A stretch of 64,000 nucleotides of DNA, from positions 1,600,001-1,664,000 of the forward strand of contig CAXXMD010000002.1 of assembly GCA_963675755.2 (NCBI GenBank), in the 5' to 3' direction. The stretch is from a bacterium (GTDB lineage: Bacteria; Zhuqueibacterota; Zhuqueibacteria; Residuimicrobiales; Krinioviventaceae). Shown in pieces: positions 1-10,300 of the stretch. Position numbers and translations under genes: made by a program. Under the pieces are notes generated by a model. It was not told the DNA's origin and made no database searches. It saw only the letters and a list, made by a program, of their open reading frames with translations. Each line of letters opens with the position of its first letter. The first letter of the stretch is position 1.

Positions 1-1514
1 TTTAACAATACCGGGAATCCGGTAGTATAGTCACCCAGCCATGTTAATACTTGCACATTCTTTCCAATAAAAGAATCCAACATGAACGGAGCCCGATTTG
101 CCTTGGAATAAACCAACCTTAACAAATTATTCTTATTGAGTCTATACGTAGTAGCGGCTTCATAAGTTACAGAAAGGGTTTTATTAATGGAATAATCATC
201 TACCCGAAAACCACCAATCCACCGCCATTGATTCGCAAGCGTATAGTCCGCAAGCAAAGAAAAGCCGGTAGACTCTATAATCTTGTTGTTCACAGGTTTC
301 TGATGGACATCTTGACCAAATTCCTCATCATCAATCAGCAATCCACTATAATCTGATTTCCGATAGCTGATACCCGGTCGAACATGCAGATTTTTAAAAT
401 GGAATTGATATTCAGCCAGCAAGTCCAAATGGTCAAAATCATAAGCATTCCAGAAAAAATTATTATCATGTTTACCCGTCTGCAAAGAAATCTGGGTATA
501 TAAACCTTTGTATTTGGTAATCAGATCACCATAATAGCTTTTGGAATCATAGCCTGACAGCGGAGTAGCAAAATTATTATAATAGGGTTTCTGGCTCAGC
601 GCTTCCTGAAAACCACCACTAAAATTGACAGAAAAATCGTCTGAAAAGAAATAACTGAGATAACTGTTTAATCCGTATTTATCAATTGCCAGTTCTTTAT
701 CAAACTGAAAATTCATTCCACTTTCAGACAGTCTATAAGGTTCATTTGTAGCCGGATTAAATCCCCAGAACATGAGTGTTGACATGTCTTCAATAGGTAA
801 ATACTCGCGATCCAGCCATGCATAATAGAGCTCATCTCTTCGGTTCTGGGTTTTATAATTCCCGGAAATTCCCATAGCAACTTTTGAATTGGTGTAACCA
901 ACAGACAGGTTTGAAATCTTGGAATTATCATTTCCGATTGCTGCATTAGCAAAAGCAGACACACCTGGCTTTTCGGCAAAATGAGTGATAATGTTAATTA
1001 CCCCTGCTGCAGCATTCGGCCCATAGAGAGCGGAAGCGGGTCCGCGTACCACTTCAATACGATCAATATCACTTACACCAATGGGTAAAGATTCCCAAAA
1101 AGTACCACCGGAAAAATAATTGTAAACAACACGATTATCAATCATCACCAGCATGATTGTATTGGTTGGTAACGGGGTCATAAAGCTTGTGGTTACAGCA
1201 TCAAATCCGCGAATGTGAACGTCAAAGTTACCCGGGGTAGACTCTCTTACAATCAGACCGGGAGCTAACCGTAAAGCTTCAGGAATACTGGTAGCACCCG
1301 ATTGTAAAATCTCTTCCTGCTTTATAATAGTTACAGACAAAGGGGCTTCGAACAGATCTTCCGGCCTTTTAGAAGCAGAAACCATAACATCCACATCAAA
1401 CAGTTCTTCCAAAGACATGTCTAAATATACGTTATCAGATTGCCCCAACACAGCATCTGTTTCAGAAAGAATGAATAAACATAAAATAATATATTGGTAC
1501 CAGCGAGAACCCAT
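1..1514 (-). CDS. TonB-dependent receptor (5' part; runs off the window start)
   Basis: Manual translation from ATG at 1514 (RBS GGGAGG upstream): MGSRWYQ...DMSLEELFDVDVMVSASKRPEDLFEAPLSVTII...IDRIEVVRGPASALYGPNAAAGVINIIT, a classic plug-domain motif. Absent from the ORF track because no stop lies inside the window. Confidence 0.9.
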   Translation of the reverse strand, partial: MGSRWYQYIILCLFILSETDAVLGQSDNVYLDMSLEELFDVDVMVSASKRPEDLFEAPLSVTIIKQEEILQSGATSIPEALRLAPGLIVRESTPGNFDVHIRGFDAVTTSFMTPLPTNTIMLVMIDNRVVYNYFSGGTFWESLPIGVSDIDRIEVVRGPASALYGPNAAAGVINIITHFAEKPGVSAFANAAIGNDNSKISNLSVGYTNSKVAMGISGNYKTQNRRDELYYAWLDREYLPIEDMSTLMFWGFNPATNEPYRLSESGMNFQFDKELAIDKYGLNSYLSYFFSDDFSVNFSGGFQEALSQKPYYNNFATPLSGYDSKSYYGDLITKYKGLYTQISLQTGKHDNNFFWNAYDFDHLDLLAEYQFHFKNLHVRPGISYRKSDYSGLLIDDEEFGQDVHQKPVNNKIIESTGFSLLADYTLANQWRWIGGFRVDDYSINKTLSVTYEAATTYRLNKNNLLRLVYSKANRAPFMLDSFIGKNVQVLTWLGDYTTGFPVLL

Positions 1515-1531
1515 ACAGGTCCCTCCCAAAC

Positions 1532-2065
1532 TTAGTATACTTTGACCACTTTGAGTAAATTGGCTGACAAGGTATGGCCTTCCTGCTTTAACGAATCCAA
1601 ATTCACAAATAATCTGGGCTTATCATTTAACAAACCCAACGCAACCGACGCGTGTCCCTCTTCCGCATACCTTGTTATACCAGTTATTGATAATTTTTTG
1701 TATTTTTTACATGTTTCAGACACCCTGTTTGTGCCAGGCATCATATATACAATATCATAATCCTGTATATACTGCTCAATATCACTTTGCTGAACAGCTT
1801 TAACTTTAACGCCGGCATCTTTGAATGCCTGGCTCATTTCATCTTTGATTGAACGTGTACGACTATTGTAGACAATCAACAACGAAATTTCGCCATCATC
1901 CTTGAGCTCAGTATCGTACTTGAATACCTTGACAAAAGTAGCCACCTGCAATAAAACCGGTGTTTCCATATTTTGAGCAAAAACCGGTTTTGCAATACAA
2001 AAAATCAAAACTATAATAAAAATTTTGAAAAACTTTTTCAACAATTTGAGCATTAAAGCGTCCAT
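1532..2065 (-). CDS. YfiR/DUF4154-family periplasmic protein
   Basis: Signal peptide; C-terminal 'KPRLFVNLDSLKQEGHTLSANLLKVV' is typical of the YfiR family; directly upstream of the TonB receptor. True start may be slightly downstream. Confidence 0.7.
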   Translation of the reverse strand: MDALMLKLLKKFFKIFIIVLIFCIAKPVFAQNMETPVLLQVATFVKVFKYDTELKDDGEISLLIVYNSRTRSIKDEMSQAFKDAGVKVKAVQQSDIEQYIQDYDIVYMMPGTNRVSETCKKYKKLSITGITRYAEEGHASVALGLLNDKPRLFVNLDSLKQEGHTLSANLLKVVKVY

Positions 2066-2220
2066 TTAACATTCAGAATATGTAATATATCAATTATCAC
2101 AATCAAGGGCAATAATTAAGTAAAAACTATCTCAAATATATTTATTTTTTACAGGATTAAGCTTTGTATAAATTAAAAAAAATTGATATTTTTATAAATT
2201 AAATCTGATTATGGATACAA

Positions 2221-2832
2221 ATGCAAGACGATTATTACAAAACAATAAAAACATTTACCGAGACTGAATTTAAAGAAAAAGGTTCGCGTTTTATCAATAA
2301 AGCGTTCCCGGTTAAAGACAGAGTAGCAGCCGAAGAAATTATCGCGGAAATCAGCAAAAAGTTCTATGATGCCACACACAATTGTTTTGCTTACAGTATA
2401 GGTAACGGTCCACAATGCGTTACACGATTTAATGATGATGGTGAACCATCAGGGACCGCAGGCAAACCCATACTCCAGGCGATTGAAGGCCGCGAGTTGA
2501 CAGACGTACTTGTAATTGTAACTAGATACTTTGGCGGAACCAAACTAGGAACTGGTGGACTGATAAGAGCTTATGGCGGAGGCGCGGCCCAGGTACTTGA
2601 TGAAGCCAAAACCGTTATCTGTTACATCAAAGAGAGCATCACTTTTGAATACGATTATGCCCTGTCAAATCTGGTCAATACCTGCATTCAAAAATATAAA
2701 GCAGATGTTATAAATACGGATTTCAGTGATACGGTTCTACAAACCATACAAATCCGTTCCAGTTTATTAAAAGCTTTTGCAGATCAAATTGTAGACCAGT
2801 CTGCCGGCAAAATTAAAATTATTGAGGACTAA
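2221..2832 (+). CDS. yigZ: YigZ/IMPACT family protein
   Basis: Motifs KGSRF, ATHNCFAY, DDGEPSGTAG, VTRYFGGTKLGTGGLIRAY. Confidence 0.92.
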   Translation: MQDDYYKTIKTFTETEFKEKGSRFINKAFPVKDRVAAEEIIAEISKKFYDATHNCFAYSIGNGPQCVTRFNDDGEPSGTAGKPILQAIEGRELTDVLVIVTRYFGGTKLGTGGLIRAYGGGAAQVLDEAKTVICYIKESITFEYDYALSNLVNTCIQKYKADVINTDFSDTVLQTIQIRSSLLKAFADQIVDQSAGKIKIIED

Positions 2833-4058
2833 TGATAACCCTGTTTGTCATTTCATTATTGCTGAGCGCCTATTTTTCAGGTTCAGAAACCGCGTTTGTT
2901 TCTTCAAACCGGTTACGGTTTCAGATACAGAATCACGAATCCATAAAGCGCAAACCCGTATTGTTTCTTCTTTCCAACGCGCAACGATTTTTAACCACCA
3001 CCCTTGTTGGAAACAATATTGTAATGGTCACCTGTTCCTCACTTGCTGTTGTATTGTTTACACCTTATTTATCAGAATCGGTAATTGTGGTTTTAACAAC
3101 CATCAGCTTGCTGCTATTTGGTGAAATATTACCAAAATCCATTGCACAACAGCTCCCTAACCGCCTCATAAGAATATCAGCACCATTGATGCTTTTCTTT
3201 TATGTTTTATTTTATCCCCTGAACAAAATCGCTGAACTCATGTCACAATGGGCCATTAACATTTTTAGAGGTAATAAAGATACGGTTAACACCTTTTTCC
3301 GCAAACAGGACCTTTTAGTATTGTTGAGAGAGTATTTCAGCACAAAGACCCTGAGCATGCACGACCGCCAACTCATTGCCAAAGCAATGAAAATTGGTGA
3401 TATTCGCGTTGTGGATATGATGATTCCCCGTACCGATATTATTGGTATTGATCACAACACCCCGGTTGAAGAGATAACCGATCTTTTTATAAAAACCGGC
3501 TACTCGCGCTTTCCGGTATTTGGTACAGATATGGACAATGTATTGGGATTTCTCTATTTTCAAGATCTGCTGGGTTTGAAAAAAAATAAAAAACCGGTAA
3601 TTCATGAAGCACTGGTTATTCCCGAGTCTGCAAAAGCTATTCACGCACTGAACACACTTCGTACAAAGGGAAAGAGTATTGCGCTTGTTGTAGATGAACA
3701 TGGCGGTACCGCAGGATTATTGACCCTCGAAAACATTGTAGAACAGGTATTTGGAAGTATTTACGATGAATTTGATACCAGCCAGGACCGCATTCGGGCA
3801 TTTAACGAATCCACAATCGTGGCAAGTGGTCGCACCGAAGTGGAAGACCTGATTGAAAGGCACAAACTGCCTGTACCTGAAGGCGATTATGTAACTATAG
3901 CCGGCTTTATCATCGACTATTTAGGCTACATACCCAAACCGGGTGAAAAGATTAAATTCCCATGGGCAACCATAACCATTCTCAACTCGGACGATACAAA
4001 AATCTCTGACATCAAGATCGTCAAGCATCTCTATCAAAAGCGGATAAAAGGCGAATAA
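2832..4058 (+). CDS. CNNM/DUF21-CBS-CorC (hemolysin family) membrane protein
   Basis: SAYFSGSETA, GEILPKSIA, MIPRTDI, YSRFPV, VVDEHGGTAGLLTLE and a C-terminal CorC_HlyC-like 'YVTIAGFI'. Confidence 0.9.
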   Translation: MITLFVISLLLSAYFSGSETAFVSSNRLRFQIQNHESIKRKPVLFLLSNAQRFLTTTLVGNNIVMVTCSSLAVVLFTPYLSESVIVVLTTISLLLFGEILPKSIAQQLPNRLIRISAPLMLFFYVLFYPLNKIAELMSQWAINIFRGNKDTVNTFFRKQDLLVLLREYFSTKTLSMHDRQLIAKAMKIGDIRVVDMMIPRTDIIGIDHNTPVEEITDLFIKTGYSRFPVFGTDMDNVLGFLYFQDLLGLKKNKKPVIHEALVIPESAKAIHALNTLRTKGKSIALVVDEHGGTAGLLTLENIVEQVFGSIYDEFDTSQDRIRAFNESTIVASGRTEVEDLIERHKLPVPEGDYVTIAGFIIDYLGYIPKPGEKIKFPWATITILNSDDTKISDIKIVKHLYQKRIKGE

Positions 4059-4179
4059 ATACGGCAAATGTGAGACAGCAGACGAGAAAAAGTGGTCAGT
4101 GGTAAGAAATAAATGTGATGTGCTGTTTTTTCAAAATCTTTATCCAGCCTAATAATAATAACTTAAAAATTGAAATAAA

Positions 4180-4203
4180 CGGAGCTGATTAATTCAGCCC
4201 CGG
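4180..4203. terminator. Hairpin between convergent genes, probable terminator
   Basis: CGGAGCTGATTAATTCAGCCCCGG stem-loop flanked by A/T tracts, just past the stop of 4219..7185. Confidence 0.55.
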
Positions 4204-4218
4204 AAAATTCAAGTTATT

Positions 4219-7185
4219 TTATTCAGCTCTATCTTTGACGAGACGTATAGATCGCCCGTGTTTTAGATACAAGCCGTAACGAGTTATCATATCACTATTG
4301 TAGGTCAGGTACCGCATCTTAGCGGTACTATAACCGGACTGTGTAGCCGTCCAAAATGCGGCATAGCTGCCTAAATAGGAAAAATCAATCCCAGTATTGG
4401 GGTAACGGTGACCGCCAGGACGAGCTGAGAACCCGCTTTCATTGGTAGCACCCGTATTGGGCTTTTGCCATAAACCATTCCTTGATTCGACAGTTCCCAT
4501 TTCTTTTAGCTTCCCACCTTCATCTGTGCCGCGGTATTGACTATCATCTATTTCCACATCACTCATGCTCATACCTAAAAACATTTCCATTTCTTTCCAT
4601 TCTTCATCACTTGGTACATGCCATCCTTCGGGTGCAATATTGCGCTCATCATCAACAGCATACCAGTTGTACAGGGCACCATAAATAGCAGCATTTTTTT
4701 TATCATTATCATAATAACAAAAAGCACCAGATAAGACATCCCACTCGGCTGCATCGGTAGCATTCGGAATTAGATCTCCATTACGATAATGGGTCACCCT
4801 TAAATTCTCTGCCATCCACCATTGATTACCAATTTTAACAGTCCTGTAAACATTACCATCATTATCTGTCATAGTACCGGTTTCAAGGGAATTATTTTGC
4901 ACGCTTATTATTGTTTCAGCAGTTTGATTTTTGTAACTGGCTGTAATTGTTACCACACCTGTTTTAGAATTTGAGGATGTAAACAATCCGTTATTATCAA
5001 TTGTACCTGCGCTACCAGAGGTAATACTCCATGTCGTTTCATTACTTATATCTACTGAACTCCCATCAGTAAAGTTGGTGGTACAATTAAGCTGCAAGGT
5101 TTCACCATTGTAAACAATGCTGTAAGGTTGTGTGATATTGATACTTTCTAACTCACTTGGGGTTTCTTCACCACGGACAAGACGAATTGAGAACCCGCGT
5201 CGTTTGTTAAAGTAATTACGGTAGACCTCTGCGTTATTATAGGACAGGCGCCGGGACCAGGCGTAATAATCACTGGTCTCCGTAGCAGACCAATAAAGAG
5301 CGAATTTCCCCATATCCTTAAAATCACCAGCAAGGTCGATACGGCAACCACCAGGACGGGCAGAGAACCCGCTTTCATTGGTGGCGCCGGTATTATAACT
5401 GTTCCAGTATGCGGAACCCGTTTCCTTTAGCTTTCCACCTTCATAATTGCCGCGACTACCCCAGTCGTCTACTTCACTCTTACTTATACCCAAAAACAAT
5501 TCCAGTTTTTTCCACTCTTTATCCGTTGGAATATGCCAGCCTTCCGGTGCAATATTTCGACTATCAGATAATACAAACCAGTTGTATAATGCCCCATAGT
5601 CTTCAGCGTTACTAATATCATTGTTATAATAACAGTATGCACCGCTCATAGTTTCCGCCCATTCCGTGTTATCAATTAAATTGGGGATGGGATCACCATT
5701 ACGATAATGTGTTACTTTTAAATTCTCTGCTATCCACCACTGATCACCAATTTTAACAGTTTTATAAACATTACCGTCAATATCAGTCATCGTCCCGGTT
5801 TCATACTTGCTATCAACTGTTATGGTGGTTTCTGCAGTTAAACCATCAAATAACACTTTAATTTTCACACTACCTGTAGCCAGGGAATCCGCTGTAAAAA
5901 GTCCATCAGTGTCAATAATACCGCTATTACCATAAATTATATTCCAGGATGCATATTTACTAACGTTAACTGTACTTCCATCACTATATTGGGCAGTACA
6001 TGTTACTTGCAAAGATTCGTTATTCTTTATGGTTACATCCTGAGGTGTGACTCTAATTACATCCAACTTTATAAAATTTGTATCACCTTTTGCACAGCGA
6101 AAACCCCGATTACTATATCCTAACCACGCCTTATCACGGTTACGATTAGCAGGTCTGGCTTTGGACATGGCCTCATCCCATGCTCCACCTCGCAGTATCC
6201 GGCCTGTTTTGTTTACATCAGATGGACCATATGGATTATCACCCGGTCCGGTACTGTAATAATCACGATCATACCTGTCCGCACACCACTCCCAAACGTT
6301 GCCGCTCATATCATAAATACCCAATTCATTTGCCTGTTTCTGGCCTACAGGTTGAGAACTATTATCAGAATTCTGAGCAAACCAACCCACAACATCCATT
6401 TCATTGCCACCGCTGTAGGTATAACCCTGGCTCTCGCTGCCGCCTCGAGCCGCGTATTCCCACTCGGCTTCAGTAGGCAGACGTTTGCCAAAATATTCCG
6501 CGTATGCTTTGGCACCGTTCCAGGTGACATGAATTACAGGATTATTTTCTTTAGCGTCATCTACCACAAACTGACCATTCAGAAATGCGATCTGACAATC
6601 CTCCGCACCAAGATTAAAAAGCGTGAGGGTATCTTTTTTCACTCTGGTATTATCTATGATTATTAATCCATCCGATAATGCGCTATTTAAAAAATCAGCA
6701 TAATCGGAATTGGTCACTTCATATTTATCTATATAGAAATCATCCAGGGTAACCGTATGTACAGGTTTTTCATCATTTTCACCATTTGTGCTGCCCATAT
6801 CAAAAGTACCGCCTTTAACAAAAACCATCTCGGGTCCGTTGTAATCACTGGCAGTAACACGAATTCGAAAGCCATCTCCACTTATACCGGGATTATCAGC
6901 AAGAAAATCCCATACTATATGCTTGCCGGTACCAGTCAGCACACTGTCTCCTATATCACCACTCACATGGCTTACCGGCAGCTGCCAGGTTGCACCATCA
7001 TCATCTGATGCTTGTAAGGTGATGGGCAGTGTGTCTCCGTCTGCATCTGTAACATCATAATATATATCAGCTTTGAGCGAACCGTCCGAGCGTTGTTCCA
7101 AACGCACATTTTCAACCACCGGATCTGCCGCAAACAGCAATCCCACATTCATGATCATTAATAGTATTACCAGATTCTTTTTCAT
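4219..7185 (-). CDS. Secreted multidomain protein D: Ig-like N-domain + FGE-type (SUMF1/CLec fold) + Big_2 + FISUMP + Big_2 + FISUMP
   Basis: Signal peptide; RLPTEAEWEYAARGG, DMSGNVWEWC and GFRC (FGE-like); two 'DxDGNVYxTVKIGxQWWxAENL...WHxPxDxEW...GATNESGF' Fib_succ_major domains. Confidence 0.88.
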   Translation of the reverse strand: MKKNLVILLMIMNVGLLFAADPVVENVRLEQRSDGSLKADIYYDVTDADGDTLPITLQASDDDGATWQLPVSHVSGDIGDSVLTGTGKHIVWDFLADNPGISGDGFRIRVTASDYNGPEMVFVKGGTFDMGSTNGENDEKPVHTVTLDDFYIDKYEVTNSDYADFLNSALSDGLIIIDNTRVKKDTLTLFNLGAEDCQIAFLNGQFVVDDAKENNPVIHVTWNGAKAYAEYFGKRLPTEAEWEYAARGGSESQGYTYSGGNEMDVVGWFAQNSDNSSQPVGQKQANELGIYDMSGNVWEWCADRYDRDYYSTGPGDNPYGPSDVNKTGRILRGGAWDEAMSKARPANRNRDKAWLGYSNRGFRCAKGDTNFIKLDVIRVTPQDVTIKNNESLQVTCTAQYSDGSTVNVSKYASWNIIYGNSGIIDTDGLFTADSLATGSVKIKVLFDGLTAETTITVDSKYETGTMTDIDGNVYKTVKIGDQWWIAENLKVTHYRNGDPIPNLIDNTEWAETMSGAYCYYNNDISNAEDYGALYNWFVLSDSRNIAPEGWHIPTDKEWKKLELFLGISKSEVDDWGSRGNYEGGKLKETGSAYWNSYNTGATNESGFSARPGGCRIDLAGDFKDMGKFALYWSATETSDYYAWSRRLSYNNAEVYRNYFNKRRGFSIRLVRGEETPSELESINITQPYSIVYNGETLQLNCTTNFTDGSSVDISNETTWSITSGSAGTIDNNGLFTSSNSKTGVVTITASYKNQTAETIISVQNNSLETGTMTDNDGNVYRTVKIGNQWWMAENLRVTHYRNGDLIPNATDAAEWDVLSGAFCYYDNDKKNAAIYGALYNWYAVDDERNIAPEGWHVPSDEEWKEMEMFLGMSMSDVEIDDSQYRGTDEGGKLKEMGTVESRNGLWQKPNTGATNESGFSARPGGHRYPNTGIDFSYLGSYAAFWTATQSGYSTAKMRYLTYNSDMITRYGLYLKHGRSIRLVKDRAE

Positions 7186-7270
7186 TTTTGCCTCTTTATT
7201 ACAGTATCAGGATCAAGTTAACGCAGCAAATTCATTTTTGTACAAACACGCGGGAGGTCAAGTTCCCCCG
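7186..7270 (-). pseudogene. Short, heavily decayed relic of the 3' end of the CTD gene 17834..18823 plus its downstream spacer
   Basis: GCCTCTTTATT...GCAGCAAATTCATTTTTGTACAAACAC resembles GCCCCTTTATT...GCAGCATCATTTTCTGGATAAATAC at 17800-17866. Confidence 0.45.
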
Positions 7271-7308
7271 GTTGTTATTTTGTGAATGTAATTTTTTAGA
7301 GAACTATT

Positions 7309-10300
7309 TTAATTACTATCACGAATCAAACGTATGGAATAACCATGTTCACTGATGTAACAGTCCCAATCGATGATCTTTTCATCATAGATCAATTGTC
7401 GCTGTATAAAACCATTGTGATATTTTCCATCATTCGGTTGGTCAGCCCAAAAGTATGCAGAGTTGTACAAATCTTCAAACTCGCCACTATGGATTTCACG
7501 CTGACCACCCGGCCGGGCTGAAAATCCATATTCGTTTGTGGCGCCGGTATTGGGTTCTCTCCAGAAACCGGTTCCCGCCTGGATGGTACCCATTTCCTTG
7601 AGCATGGCACCTTCATCAGTATCAGATCTACTGTAACTATCAACTTCTTCCTGGCTCATACCCAGATACAGTTCCAGCTCTTTCCACTCATCATCTGTGG
7701 GAACATGCCAACCTTCTGGTGCAATAGAGGGCCAATGATCTATAACATATCCATTATACAAGGCTCCAAACACCGTTGCATTACTTGAGTCATTGTCATA
7801 ATAACAGTATGCGCCAGTGTCCTTATTTTTCCAAACAGAATTTTGTGTAACATGTTGTATCGGAGAGCCATCACGATAGTGGGTCACTTTAAGATTTTCC
7901 GCCATCCACCATTGATTACCGATTTTAACAGTTTTATATACATTACCGTCAATATCTGTCATGGTACCGGTTTCAAAATCAAGCCCATCATTAACAATTG
8001 AAAAATAATCATCACTAAAATCATATAATCCGGTTACCACACCGGTAATTTTAATACGATAGTCCGGGCCAGAGACAAGATATACCGGTATTTTCCAGGT
8101 ATATTCACTATCATGGGTTGTACCCATGTCTTTTATCCGTTCAACAAACTCGTCACCTTTATATAAATCAATATAAATCCGTTCATCTATGGGATTGTTG
8201 TTCCATTTGATGATATATTCCACCCGGGTTTTCAAATATTCACCTCCATTGGGAAAAGTAACAATAGGAGGTATAGTGGTTTTATCATTATCCCGGATTA
8301 GACGAATTGTACATGAGCCTTTTTTAGAGCCTTGGGCTCTATAGATTCCTGATTCCAAAAAATGCAAACTCCGGAAAAAAACATAGTTTTCACGGACATC
8401 CGTATTAGACCAATATCGGACATACATACCCATTGCTCCAAAATCATTATTATACTGGGAAAGCCAACCACCAGCCCGTGCGGAAAACCCACTCTCATTC
8501 GTGGTGCCACTCGTAAAGTCAAGGGAGTATTTTCTCCAGTGGGCAGAACCGATTTCTTTCAGTTTATCACCTTCATCTGTGCCCCGTGATTCACCTGAAG
8601 TATCATCTCCTGAATCCGCTTCTTCCTGGCTCATACCTAAATACATCTCTAACGTTTTCCATTCATCATCTGTGGGTACATGCCAGCCTTCAGGTGCAAT
8701 ATTGCGCACATCCGTAGCAGCATACCCGTTATACAATGCACCATAGTCATCAGCATATTTTTTGTTGTTATCATAATAACAGAATGCTCCGGTTGCAAGG
8801 TTGAACCATTCCGTATTATCTGTCACGTTTGGTATTGGGTCACCGTTTCGATAATGTGTTACTCGCAGATCTTCCATCATCCACCATTGCTCACCGATCC
8901 TGATGGTCTTGTAAACATTACCGTCAATATCTGTTACTGTTCCGGTTTCAAAAATCGCATCATCATATTCAATCTCAAAGCATTCATCGCTCTCATCTGA
9001 CATGCTGGATTGTGTTCCGATTACATTGATTGTAAACTGGTTGGATGGTGAAAGCGTACTGGGAATATTCCAGGAAAATCCACCATCATTTTCTGTTTCA
9101 GCTATCCGAATTGAAAAAACTCCATTTTGATACAAATCCAGATATACCATCTCATCATATGAGTTAGGCTTCCATTGGATACTGATGGTATTTCCTGCAA
9201 TTATGCTTTCACCACCATTGGGATAAAGCAATGTAAAATCAGGATCCATTTCATCACTATCACTCACCAGACGGATATAAAAGCCATTTCCTTTGTTGTA
9301 GGAATCACGGAAAATTGAGCTATGGTCATTACCTACACTACGGGCCCATGCTTCATCATCACCATTTTGTGAAGATGTCCAAAAACATGTATTTGTATTT
9401 ATTGTTAGGAATTCTCCAGTAAGGTAATTACAGAAACCACCGGGCAATGCGCTGAACCCACTCTCATTAGTTGCGCCTGTATTGGGGCTGTTCCAATGAT
9501 CGGTACCCACTTCTTTCAACATACCGCCTTCAACCGTGCCCCTCGGTCCGATATTATCCAAATCACTCACACCCAGATATGACTCTAATTGTTTCCATTC
9601 ATCATCAGTGGGAACATGCCAGCCCTCAGGGAAAAAGGTTTGTACATCAACAAGCATATACCAGTTATACATGGCACCGTAAATTTCTACATTATTTTCG
9701 TCATCATCATAATAACAGCAAGCACCTTCAGACAGCTCAACCCAGGGATCATCATTATCCGTATATAGCCATGAAAATCCATATAGATTATGGGTTGTTT
9801 TCAGGTTTTCGGCCATCCACCACTGATTACCGATCTTGACAATTTTATAGGTATTTCCTACAATGTCAGTCATAGTACCGGTTTCATGCTCAAAATCAAC
9901 GGATACTGGGGTTTCTACAGTTAAACCATCAAATAATGCCTGAATTATAACGATACCCCCCTTATCATCACTTGCTGTGAAAAGCCCTTTACTATCAATA
10001 CTGCCGCTTGTACCGTACAGAACTTTCCAGGTTGTGTAATCGCTTATAACAACTTTACTGCCGTCACTATACCAGGCAGTACAATTCAATGACAGGGATT
10101 GACCTTTTTTTATTGTTTTATCCTGAGGTGTAATATTGATAGAGTCCAATTTTGTAAATGCTGTATCACCCTTAACACACCGGAATCCGCGATTATTGTA
10201 TCCGATCCATGCCTGATCACGGTTGCGGTTAGCCGTTTTTGCCTTGGCTTGAACATCGTCCCAAGCGCCGCCGCGCAATAAACGGGCTGTTTTATTTTCA

